The position numbers and the translations under genes were made by a program. Below, piece after piece: positions 41,237 to 49,763 of a stretch of 64,000 bases of DNA (positions are counted from its first letter, which is position 1; every line of letters starts with the position of its first letter). The DNA is from a virus: the IMG/VR virus record IMGVR_UViG_3300023176_002545. The stretch is one strand, 5' to 3'. The notes under the pieces are model-generated. The model saw only the letters and a list, made by a program, of their open reading frames with translations. It was not told where the DNA came from and did no database searches.

Positions 41237-42036
41237 TCTACGCCCTTAACTTTATTAAATGATTTTAAGTATTCTATATCTATACCATTTACAGCTAAGT
41301 CTGCAACAGGAATCATACCTAAATTTATATTCTTAAATGTAAAAGATTGTAATTTAAGCCAAAGTTTTATATATGCTTTTCTTATAGCATACAACCAATA
41401 AGGAATAGTAGGACCAAACTTAACCATAAAATCTGCACTATAATATTCTTGTGGTCTAACACCTTGTGCTATGCTGTCTTTGTCTTTAAAAACATCTAAT
41501 ACAGTTTTACCTACTTGACAGTAGTTAATATAAACAGTACCATGTGTCCATCTAAATGTAAAGTGCTTCATATCTTCTTCTGTTAGATTTATTATAGGTC
41601 TGTCTTTGAATGTAACAACTACAGTAGGATGATTTTTTGTTCTAAGTTCTGCTTCTAGTTTGTGTATTAGTACATTAAATCGTTCAACTGCTTCTTGTGC
41701 TTCACTAGGTGCAGTATTAAACCACTCTGTTCCTTTATCTACTTCGCCGCGTAGGTCTTCAAAGAACTTGTGTAAGTAGTTTAAATCTCCTTGCATATCA
41801 GTGCTTGCACTACTAATATATCGATCAATACAAACTCCATGTTGATTTATTTTAGTAATACACTCATTAAGTTCTGGAATAAGATTTTGTGTACCCCAAT
41901 TAGTAAATCTATCTGTTTCGTAAAGCTCGTAATTTTTCAACAGTTCCTCAAACCATTTTTTAGCAATGCTAGTATTTCTTACAGTGAAAGGTATACTAAC
42001 ATTTTCCTTGTCATTTGTCAATACCAAATTAAACAT
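41224..42036 (-). CDS. Hypothetical protein, 270 aa
   Basis: Start moved to ATG 42036, overlapping the upstream stop; embedded between radical SAM genes; no recognisable motif. Confidence 0.65.
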   Translation of the reverse strand: MFNLVLTNDKENVSIPFTVRNTSIAKKWFEELLKNYELYETDRFTNWGTQNLIPELNECITKINQHGVCIDRYISSASTDMQGDLNYLHKFFEDLRGEVDKGTEWFNTAPSEAQEAVERFNVLIHKLEAELRTKNHPTVVVTFKDRPIINLTEEDMKHFTFRWTHGTVYINYCQVGKTVLDVFKDKDSIAQGVRPQEYYSADFMVKFGPTIPYWLYAIRKAYIKLWLKLQSFTFKNINLGMIPVADLAVNGIDIEYLKSFNKVKGVECIQ

Positions 42037-43297
42037 ATGGAGCAAACTCCGGATTAGTAGCAAGAAAATCCTGTCCACGAGTTGCGTCTAAACGTTTATT
42101 AAATTCAATACAGTCAGCCCAGTGTGTGTCGTGCATATCTTTTGCTTCTAAGAAGTTTATGTTGTCTTGTATTTGTTGTAGAGTAACTTGTTTTACAATA
42201 TCGTGTTCTTTTACAAGTTTGTATTCAAGCACCTTATGCTTCATTTGCTCAAGGCGATTAACTATACCTGTCTTTAATAACTTTGGTAGTACTTGTGCAG
42301 AAAGTGCCATTGGATAGTTTACACGATGCGAGTAAAATATAATGCCCATTTCTTCTAAAAAGTATTCTATTACTTTGTCAATCTGCATAATGTTATTTGC
42401 TTGTACAGTAAACGCACCAACTACACGACTTACATTAGGAAATGATTTAAAAACTTTTACGTTTTCTTCTATTTCGCTAAACTTGCCATTGCCTCTAATA
42501 TATTCGTAGACATCGTGTATGCCGTCTATGCTTACATTTACAGCAATGCTTTTAAACTTAGGCCAATAGTCGTGTATAGTACGTCCGCCTTTAATGCCTA
42601 GTGTAGTTCCGTTTGTAGCATACTTTAATTCTATTTGATGACCATACTCTGCAAGTTTGTCTAGTATCTTGTAATGATATGGATCCATTAGAGGTTCGCC
42701 ACCGGCAAACTCTACTCTACGGAAGTACGGTAATAGTTTTTCAAAACTTGTCCACCAATTGTCACTATTGTCAAACGGACCAATATATTGACCTGGAACA
42801 TCAACTAATTTTTGAACAGTAGGTACAAGATAGTTTTCTTCCTTTTCATAAAATTCTGTAACTTGATCCCAATCTTTCCAACTTGTGCTGTCCAAAGGAT
42901 TGCACATACGACACTTCAAATTACATAAATTATTGAGTTTGATTTCCATTGTAGGAAGCTCAAATGGCATGCTATAATCTTCGTTTAAAGCGTCTAGTGC
43001 ATCAGGGTATAAGTTGACCCTTGCTTCTGGTATAACACCCGCTGTATGACGCTGTCGTAAGCTCTGTACACCCTGATCTTCAAGGTCAAAGCACGGTTTG
43101 CATACATCTGGACGCTCGTTATTGAGAACTTGTTTTCGAACAAGTTTCATTGCATCCGAATTCCATGCTTCTTCTAAACTTTGATTTTGGATCCATGCAA
43201 TTGGCTGACTGCGACAGCACACTTTAATTGCACCATCTTCTCTAGTTGCCAATCCAGTAAATGGATGCATACAAAATGTACAACTATTTGATTTCAT
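42029..43297 (-). CDS. Radical SAM enzyme (#10) with N-terminal Twitch/SPASM-like module
   Basis: CNLKCRMC, GGEPL; N-terminal FCMHPF...KVCC...CKPCF. Confidence 0.9.
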   Translation of the reverse strand: MKSNSCTFCMHPFTGLATREDGAIKVCCRSQPIAWIQNQSLEEAWNSDAMKLVRKQVLNNERPDVCKPCFDLEDQGVQSLRQRHTAGVIPEARVNLYPDALDALNEDYSMPFELPTMEIKLNNLCNLKCRMCNPLDSTSWKDWDQVTEFYEKEENYLVPTVQKLVDVPGQYIGPFDNSDNWWTSFEKLLPYFRRVEFAGGEPLMDPYHYKILDKLAEYGHQIELKYATNGTTLGIKGGRTIHDYWPKFKSIAVNVSIDGIHDVYEYIRGNGKFSEIEENVKVFKSFPNVSRVVGAFTVQANNIMQIDKVIEYFLEEMGIIFYSHRVNYPMALSAQVLPKLLKTGIVNRLEQMKHKVLEYKLVKEHDIVKQVTLQQIQDNINFLEAKDMHDTHWADCIEFNKRLDATRGQDFLATNPEFAPYV

Positions 43298-43302
43298 ATC
43301 AA

Positions 43303-43346
43303 TATTTACCGTAATTAAACTAGCAGTTTATTAGAAGCGATAAGTA
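43303..43346. promoter_or_regulatory. Back-to-back motifs: TAAATA (-, 43308-43303) and TAAGTA (+, 43341-43346)
   Basis: Each motif is exactly 5 nt from its ATG (43297 and 43352); no SD present. Confidence 0.55.
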
Positions 43347-43351
43347 CTACT

Positions 43352-44017
43352 ATGTTAACAAAAACAGGTATATTAGTAGATACAGATAAAATTATTGACT
43401 GTTTGCCAACAATGGACGTAGGCAAGCACGAGTTATCAACGCCAACTGGAGACTTCTTTTACGATCCTTGGCAACTAAAACCAGAATATGTTGGAACAGA
43501 ACTAGAAGTATTGTTTAACAGATTAGAACGTCCGGGGCAAGTTAGAGTAAATGTACTAAAAGAAGGACATTGTTATCAACAGCATTCTGATATAGATGAT
43601 AGATATCATTTGTCATTAGATGGTGTAGAGTGTTACCTAATAGATCTTAGCAACGGACAAATGTTTCCAACAACCAAAGACCATCACGTATATGAAATGG
43701 ATGCTGGCCGTTTACACAGTGCAGCAAACTTTGGTTATTATCCAAGATGCCAACTTGTAATACGCAAATTATTACAGCGTAATAAATTATCCAATCCTGT
43801 TAGTGTTGCATTAAAAGCAACACCTGTACCTAGATTGCGTTACAACTTTGATCAAACATTTAGTGTATGGCTCAACAAGTCAAACAAATTAGGAACTATC
43901 AGCAACTTTAATAAACGCAGTGAAACACATATAAGTTTTGATATAGAGTCTGCTAATCTTAATGAAGTAGAACAACTTGTTGATCAAAGTGGATTACCTA
44001 TTGAGATTATTTTATGA
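43352..44017 (+). CDS. 2OG-Fe(II) oxygenase / Asp-Asn beta-hydroxylase-like protein, 221 aa
   Basis: YQQHSD...RYHL...GRLHSAAN: HxD...H facial triad in a DSBH pattern. Confidence 0.65.
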   Translation: MLTKTGILVDTDKIIDCLPTMDVGKHELSTPTGDFFYDPWQLKPEYVGTELEVLFNRLERPGQVRVNVLKEGHCYQQHSDIDDRYHLSLDGVECYLIDLSNGQMFPTTKDHHVYEMDAGRLHSAANFGYYPRCQLVIRKLLQRNKLSNPVSVALKATPVPRLRYNFDQTFSVWLNKSNKLGTISNFNKRSETHISFDIESANLNEVEQLVDQSGLPIEIIL

Positions 44018-44556
44018 AAACTTTAGAAAAATATCATAACGGAGTGCTTGGTCCTGTAAGTGCTTTGTATGAAGCACGATACAATGACTATTGTATGTTT
44101 ATACAGTTTAAAGATAAATTTTGGTTTGACAGAGAAATGCAATATTACAATGAACTCAAAGGCAAACCTTACTGTTATAAAATGTTAGAAGTTGACAAGT
44201 CGCAGTTACTAATATCTTATGGTTATCAAAAAAATCTAAATCATTTGATTTATGAAAATGCTTCAATAGAATTTGACTACAAACAAGAAGTTAGAAAAAT
44301 ATTAGACGATTTAGAACAACAAGGTATAAAAAAGATTAATGTATATCCACACACATTTTTTGTAGAAGACGGCCAATTAAAAATATCAGACTTATACGGA
44401 TGCACTACAAAGTTTACACTAATACCGCAAGAAATGTTAGGTAACATAATAAATGATGAACAAAGATTTAAATTTATAGACGGATATCTTGATTGTGAAG
44501 CATCGTATGATTATACAATTAAAAACAGTACAAACTATTGGCCGGAGGAGATTTAA
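44014..44556 (+). CDS. Protein-kinase-like fold protein with degenerate catalytic loop, 180 aa
   Basis: WFDREMQYY (alphaC-like); GIKKINVYPHTFFVEDGQLKISDLYG aligns to HRDLKPEN...DFG. Confidence 0.5.
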   Translation: MKTLEKYHNGVLGPVSALYEARYNDYCMFIQFKDKFWFDREMQYYNELKGKPYCYKMLEVDKSQLLISYGYQKNLNHLIYENASIEFDYKQEVRKILDDLEQQGIKKINVYPHTFFVEDGQLKISDLYGCTTKFTLIPQEMLGNIINDEQRFKFIDGYLDCEASYDYTIKNSTNYWPEEI

Positions 44557-45101
44557 TGGCAGAGTTTATTGGAATATGTGACACAATAGACTGGCAAGGA
44601 TTGCTAGAAAAATTAATGCAAGAAGAAGCAGGCTATGTAGGACCTAGACACGATGTAGGCATGGATGTGCCTGGCATTGAAGAAGTGGGCGGTCCTTTAC
44701 GTGCAGCAGGATACAAAATGGACCACGAAGGTGGCAATATGCGTTGGGATATGCTGTTACCAGGCGAACAGTTTGACCAATCTATTGCAGATAAGTTCTG
44801 TGAGTTTGTAGGCATGGACAGTTATATTAATTGTTGGATTAGTCGTGTAAAGCCAGGCGATGTTGCACCTTGGCATTGGGACGTTACAGATGATGAAAAA
44901 ACACTTGAAGCAGGTAAACCCCTGCAACGTTATCATTGTCATGTGAGCGGACCTGAAGATGGTCATACACTTATTGTAGGCGATACTTGTTTGTACAAAC
45001 AACCACAAGGTGCAGTATGGAAGTGGCCTGATCGTAAAAGTTGGCATGCTGGTGCAAATGCAGGACTAGTGCCTAAGTATCTGTTTAACATTTGGGGATA
45101 A
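44556..45101 (+). CDS. 2OG-Fe(II) oxygenase / beta-hydroxylase-like protein
   Basis: ISRVKPGDVAPWHWD...RYH...WHAGANAG; start at ATG 44556. Confidence 0.7.
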   Translation: MAEFIGICDTIDWQGLLEKLMQEEAGYVGPRHDVGMDVPGIEEVGGPLRAAGYKMDHEGGNMRWDMLLPGEQFDQSIADKFCEFVGMDSYINCWISRVKPGDVAPWHWDVTDDEKTLEAGKPLQRYHCHVSGPEDGHTLIVGDTCLYKQPQGAVWKWPDRKSWHAGANAGLVPKYLFNIWG

Positions 45102-45102
45102 T

Positions 45103-45688
45103 ATGAAAGCAATAATAACTGGAGCAAGTTCCGACATAGGAAAACTTATAGTAGATCATTTTGATTTTGATTGGGTTCCTGTTGATAGAACACACGGTAT
45201 TACTTTGCCAGATGATGCTGACATGATAAAAGAAGCAATAAGACATAGTGATTTATTTTTTAACATTGCACAGTTTGATACAATACAATCTGATTTGTTA
45301 GCAATGGTTTGGAATGTTTGGAATATGCAAGAAAACAAAACTCCTAAAAAAATTATTAGTTTTGGTAGTATAGTTACAGAAATGTCCATGCAAACTATTT
45401 TAGATCTTAATGACTTTGATTATTTTAATAGAGCTAGAAAAGAGTGGATATATTGCAGAAAAACTTTTGTTAAACAAAACACACGATGAGTACAAAAATC
45501 TTCATCTTACAGGATATAACAAAGGCTACGCTTTACCTCAAAGCATACTAATTAAACTTGGAAATGTTCTTTACAAAGAACTAAGAAGTCACGAACCATA
45601 CACAACAGCTGAACAACTACTTAATGCTATTGATTATGTTGTTAACAATGAAACGTATATTAGTGATTTAGAGTTACGCTGGAATTAA
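45103..45688 (+). pseudogene. Short-chain dehydrogenase/reductase split by a +1 frameshift
   Basis: Frame 1 (45103-45489) carries the Rossmann motif IITGASSDIG and KIISFGS. Frame 2 (from about 45410-45452 to 45688) carries YIAEK (YxxxK) and an SDR-like C-terminus. Confidence 0.65.
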
Positions 45689-46179
45689 ACAAACTCAGTA
45701 ACTTGTAAAACAAATCTTGGTGTAAATCCTATATTAGCAGCACCGTGATTATCTTGTGCAACATCATATACAAAAACATCACCAGCACGATAGTTTGTTA
45801 TTAGCTCGTCTTTGATAATAAACACATGGCCTGCTTCATAGTCCTGTAATGGCATCCAATAGCGTTTACAATTATTTTTTAGTGTTGGGGGATCTTCGTG
45901 CATAGGCATAATATCCCCAGGCATCATTTTTGTAATCCACCAATGAATTTTTCCTGTACACCATGGAGGTGTTATTTGCATAGGAATATCTTGAGATTCA
46001 AATATGTGCCAGTAAGTTGCTGTTAAATCATATCCAGCATTTACACCATGATTGTAAGTTTCGTATTCGTCTAAAGAATGTTTGGGTATGTTATTAGGTC
46101 TTGGTTGCCCTTTGTTAGACAACAAATAATCTATTAATCCGTTAGGAATAATGTCTATGTAATTTCCAACATAATGCAT
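45685..46179 (-). CDS. 2OG-Fe(II) oxygenase / beta-hydroxylase-like protein, 164 aa
   Basis: TKMMPGDIMPMHED...RYW...NHGAANIG..PRFVLQ. Confidence 0.7.
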   Translation of the reverse strand: MHYVGNYIDIIPNGLIDYLLSNKGQPRPNNIPKHSLDEYETYNHGVNAGYDLTATYWHIFESQDIPMQITPPWCTGKIHWWITKMMPGDIMPMHEDPPTLKNNCKRYWMPLQDYEAGHVFIIKDELITNYRAGDVFVYDVAQDNHGAANIGFTPRFVLQVTEFV

Positions 46180-46988
46180 TAGTAACTCTCTAGATGACTA
46201 ATACCTAGTACTTTTCTAAACTCAGGAGTAAAAGTACAGTCAACACGTAGTCCGTATTCAACTTCATTTGAATGTTCACCACCATGCCAGTCTTGATCGT
46301 TCCAAAACGCAGCATTAGAATTTATGTAGTGTTTGTTTTGTGTTTCTGGATCCCATATATAGAATCCACGTTTTGTACGATAGCGAATGTGTATAAACTC
46401 GTTAGTGTGATTGCTGTATCCTTGATCGTTACCGTTCTTGCCATCTAAGTCTCTGTGTTCAAAAGCATGTCCATTATGGTCACAGTGAAAGAATATAACA
46501 CGACCTATACGATCAATTATATTTTCAGTAACTAAGTTTTCAACCCACTTAACAACACCTGGAAAGTATTGCTGTTCTTCTGTAGGTTTACGTTCTGCAT
46601 TGCGTTCATCCCAGGAACCTTCTTCCCAAAGGAAGTAATAAATGTAAGGGTCATTTGCACCCATTGCTCCTTTGAGATAGCGTGTAAATGTGTTACGTTG
46701 TTTGTAGTCTTTAAAATCTGTAGGAAATATTTCACTTCCTTGTACACGAATAGGATGATCTTCTGGAAGTGCTTGATACTCTGCAAATGCTTGATATATA
46801 GGTTTCCAGTTTAAAATGTAGCTCATGTCGTCAAATTTAAAACCCGGCGACATCCATGTTCCTTCTTTTGCATACTCACGTGCAAGTGCAAACCCTTTAC
46901 ATATTTCAGGGTGCAGGTCTCTAAATCCTTTTATATCTAAGTAAGGATCTAAATCTATATAGGGTTTCCCACCAATTCCTCTTATCAT
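46179..46988 (-). CDS. 2OG-Fe(II) oxygenase-like protein, 269 aa
   Basis: HAFEHRD...FIH...DWHGG...LRVD; N-terminal extension. Confidence 0.55.
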   Translation of the reverse strand: MIRGIGGKPYIDLDPYLDIKGFRDLHPEICKGFALAREYAKEGTWMSPGFKFDDMSYILNWKPIYQAFAEYQALPEDHPIRVQGSEIFPTDFKDYKQRNTFTRYLKGAMGANDPYIYYFLWEEGSWDERNAERKPTEEQQYFPGVVKWVENLVTENIIDRIGRVIFFHCDHNGHAFEHRDLDGKNGNDQGYSNHTNEFIHIRYRTKRGFYIWDPETQNKHYINSNAAFWNDQDWHGGEHSNEVEYGLRVDCTFTPEFRKVLGISHLESY

Positions 46989-46993
46989 GTTAA

Positions 46994-47010
46994 TACTTAT
47001 CAGGTAAGTA
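46994..47010. promoter_or_regulatory. Back-to-back TAAGTA motifs (- at 46999-46994; + at 47005-47010)
   Basis: Each is exactly 5 nt from its ATG (46988 and 47016) in a 27-nt divergent gap. Confidence 0.55.
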
Positions 47011-47015
47011 TGTAT

Positions 47016-47720
47016 ATGAACAACGAGTTTGAATACTATTATAACAATGTACCGGGCAAAGGCTTGTGCAGAAACAACTTAATCTACACAAGTCTTATGA
47101 ATGATGAACAAACAGTGTTTTGTCAATGGTACCACAATGATAGCGAATACCATAAAGGTAAAAATGAAGTAGTTGATCCTGCAAAGATGGACGAGAAGTG
47201 GAGACGCGAAGTTAGCTTCTTAAAACGTATGCAAGAAAACTATCCACAACACGTACCTGAAATACTTGATATAGATTATACTGAAAAGAAAATAATGCTT
47301 CGTGTTGAAGGTCCAGATTTTTGGGAACAGGCAGGCTGCTTAGAAGAAAACTACAACAGCGTTCTTCCAGACTGGAAAGAGCAGATGCTTGAAATAACAC
47401 AGGCACACAAAGACTTAGGCATATACAAATACAGTATGCATCCTAGCAGTTACTTTGTAGTAGACGGCAAGCTCAAAAGTATTAACTATTTCTTTGCTTA
47501 TGATGAGCGTGAACCAGGCATAACAGTGCGTAGTGTACTAAGCCATATAAGTGAAGATAGACGCAAAGAGCTATTGCCTAAGATGGAATCTATGGGCATA
47601 GAACTAGATAAAATTGCTGATTTGCATATGCTACAGCACCTTTGCTTTGCTAGTTTTAGTAATAATTACCCTGCAGACTTTATACAAAAATCCAAAGAAA
47701 TATACCAAGATATGGTATAA
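47016..47720 (+). CDS. Protein-kinase-like fold protein with degenerate catalytic motifs (start 47016, or 47010)
   Basis: KWRREVSFL, HVPEILDID, GIYKYSMHPSSYFVVDGKLKSINYF; paralogous to 44014. Confidence 0.5.
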   Translation: MNNEFEYYYNNVPGKGLCRNNLIYTSLMNDEQTVFCQWYHNDSEYHKGKNEVVDPAKMDEKWRREVSFLKRMQENYPQHVPEILDIDYTEKKIMLRVEGPDFWEQAGCLEENYNSVLPDWKEQMLEITQAHKDLGIYKYSMHPSSYFVVDGKLKSINYFFAYDEREPGITVRSVLSHISEDRRKELLPKMESMGIELDKIADLHMLQHLCFASFSNNYPADFIQKSKEIYQDMV

Positions 47721-47755
47721 AAGAACCATTAAATCGTAAACCACGCTTTAACCAC

Positions 47756-47791
47756 AAAAAAACCGCATTAAAACCTAAGTTAAATGCGGTT
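47756..47791 (-). terminator. Intrinsic terminator (possibly bidirectional) between convergent genes
   Basis: Perfect 9-bp stem AACCGCATT (47761-47769) / AATGCGGTT (47783-47791); A-run 47756-47762 gives a U-tract on the - strand. Confidence 0.7.
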
Positions 47792-47808
47792 CTTATAAAA
47801 ACGTATTA

Positions 47809-48030
47809 TTATGCACTGAGCAGTGCTGTGATACCATTCCTAACTTCTCTAAACTTTTTAGACGCTGTAACAATGTATATAGAGTCTGACTCTACATTTT
47901 TAACAAATAATGCATGTTCAGTGTCGTTAGAATATACATGAGTTAGTAGTGTTATGCCCTCTGGATTAGGGTTCATAATAGCAACGATTTCGTTGTTTTC
48001 GATGTTGTATACGCCTACATTTAAATTCAT
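47809..48030 (-). CDS. Hypothetical protein, 73 aa
   Basis: ATG start 1 nt after the upstream stop; ends before the terminator. Confidence 0.55.
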   Translation of the reverse strand: MNLNVGVYNIENNEIVAIMNPNPEGITLLTHVYSNDTEHALFVKNVESDSIYIVTASKKFREVRNGITALLSA

Positions 48031-48031
48031 T

Positions 48032-48793
48032 TTATTTTACCTCAAAAACATCAGAGTTAAGATCGTCTGTGTATCTATTTACTAATTGTCTATCTGAATA
48101 CAGTTGGGGATTTAAAATTATGTGATCACCAAATATATCTACACCATGTAAGCTATGGTTTGGCAACCAAAAACACATGTATTTTGCATAATCAGAAGCA
48201 CCTGTGCCTAGCACATATCTGTTTGTATAAGATAATGGTGACTGCCAATATACTTCCATGTTGTCATTTACATAAAATGATTGATAGTTAAACTTATGAT
48301 CAGGCCATACTTTCATGCCCATTGGTTGATCTGCTAAAGTATTTAAAAACTTTACAGTGTTTGCAGCATAGGTATTAAATAACGCATCATTATTTTTTGC
48401 TTGTGTGCAAATAGCACCCCATACGTTGTAACAACCTGCATAGGGTTTTGCCCATACATCATACATCCATAGTTTGCCGTCAATTTCAACTTCTTCGTGG
48501 GTTTCATTTGTTGCAACAGTAATACCGTTTGAACGCATAACAGTTCTAAATTGATTATGCATATCAATTGTAGTATTTAAACCTAAATCGTTTAGGGTGT
48601 AATAATGTGTAGGAGTATGGTACTCAACTATTGTACCTTCTTGATTATTTCTATAGTTTCGACGTTCAACATTCCAGTATGTTTCACCTGGAGGGCTGAA
48701 TGCTACTAGAGTATCGCGATCTACGTTATAATGTGCCGCACGATTCTTTTCTAGTTTATTTGTTATTAAATCATGTAGTTCTGTTGCTTGCAT
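48032..48793 (-). CDS. Hypothetical protein, 253 aa
   Basis: Long ORF; AGGA SD and TAAATA (48823-48818) upstream. Confidence 0.7.
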   Translation of the reverse strand: MQATELHDLITNKLEKNRAAHYNVDRDTLVAFSPPGETYWNVERRNYRNNQEGTIVEYHTPTHYYTLNDLGLNTTIDMHNQFRTVMRSNGITVATNETHEEVEIDGKLWMYDVWAKPYAGCYNVWGAICTQAKNNDALFNTYAANTVKFLNTLADQPMGMKVWPDHKFNYQSFYVNDNMEVYWQSPLSYTNRYVLGTGASDYAKYMCFWLPNHSLHGVDIFGDHIILNPQLYSDRQLVNRYTDDLNSDVFEVK

Positions 48794-48830
48794 GAATATT
48801 TCCCATCCTATATAGTATATTTATCCAGAA

Positions 48831-49148
48831 CTATTTCTTTTTAAACTTACCCTTCATAAACTTACGGGTGTTCTTAATCATGTCTCGTTTTACTCGTTGA
48901 GTATGTACTCTAAAGTCTATTGAAGCTATTTGATCTTCGTATTCTTCTAGCATTTCTGCTACAACTTGTTCAGCCGTAGCACCGTCCTCTAAGAGTTCCT
49001 TAGAGTCCATTTGTATTTCCCATACTTCTTGATCGGTAAACGTAACACGAATAGACTGGAGGTACTCAGCGGGAATAGCTTTTATGCTAATATCGCCAAA
49101 TACCTCCGGCCAGCTTGCAATCACGTCGTTAGGTAGTTTTCTTGCCAA
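48831..49148 (-). CDS. Hypothetical protein, 105 aa (TTG start)
   Basis: Start moved to TTG 49148 (LARKLPNDV...), avoiding a long overlap with the upstream gene. Confidence 0.6.
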   Translation of the reverse strand: MARKLPNDVIASWPEVFGDISIKAIPAEYLQSIRVTFTDQEVWEIQMDSKELLEDGATAEQVVAEMLEEYEDQIASIDFRVHTQRVKRDMIKNTRKFMKGKFKKK

Positions 49149-49758
49149 GGCTCTTCTTCTTTGTTGGAGAAAGTGTCTCGGCTTCTTCGCGTAATCTTTT
49201 AGCTTCTTTGAACAATGCATCCGCTTGCGAACGATATTGTGCAGCCAAATCTTCGTCTGTTAGAACACCGGGATCATCTGCTGACTGGGCAGGCTGAGGA
49301 GCCTCAGTTGGTTGTGGCATTTCTGACACACTGCCAAGTTCTTGTACCTCGGCGGTATTGCGTTGCGTAGGTGAAATAGTCAAATCATCAATTGAAACAC
49401 CTCTCTGTTCGGCAACCATTTTGTTAAGGTCACTTAGTAAGATAGATGATGATGCGTTTGGAATCATTTCAACTTGTGCGGTTGAAACTTTAGTTAAAAT
49501 TCCTCTTCGATGGAAACTTACTAACATACTATCACTAGTTTCTGGAAGAGATGCTCTATCTAATGCTTCACCTAATTCGTATGCAGTTTGACCTGCATTA
49601 GACTCGACGACTTTCATAAGAGCATCGTGATCTGCATCAGTTAGTGACTCTGTAGGAATCACTAGAGCTGAAGTTGCATCACCCGGAATAGTCCGAAATG
49701 CAACTGCAACTTTTCTCTTATTAGTAGTCATTCTGCCTACGTGTTTTAAATCAGGCAT
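49129..49758 (-). CDS. Hypothetical protein, 209 aa
   Basis: AGGA SD; codon usage typical of a well-expressed gene; helical C-terminus. Confidence 0.75.
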   Translation of the reverse strand: MPDLKHVGRMTTNKRKVAVAFRTIPGDATSALVIPTESLTDADHDALMKVVESNAGQTAYELGEALDRASLPETSDSMLVSFHRRGILTKVSTAQVEMIPNASSSILLSDLNKMVAEQRGVSIDDLTISPTQRNTAEVQELGSVSEMPQPTEAPQPAQSADDPGVLTDEDLAAQYRSQADALFKEAKRLREEAETLSPTKKKSLGKKTT

Positions 49759-49763
49759 AACTA

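Noticed and set aside
27094-43297. Classical RiPP cluster (radical SAM plus precursor peptide)
   Set aside because: No short precursor-like ORF, leader-binding domain, peptidase or transporter was seen in the island; a protein or glycan substrate fits better but is unproven.
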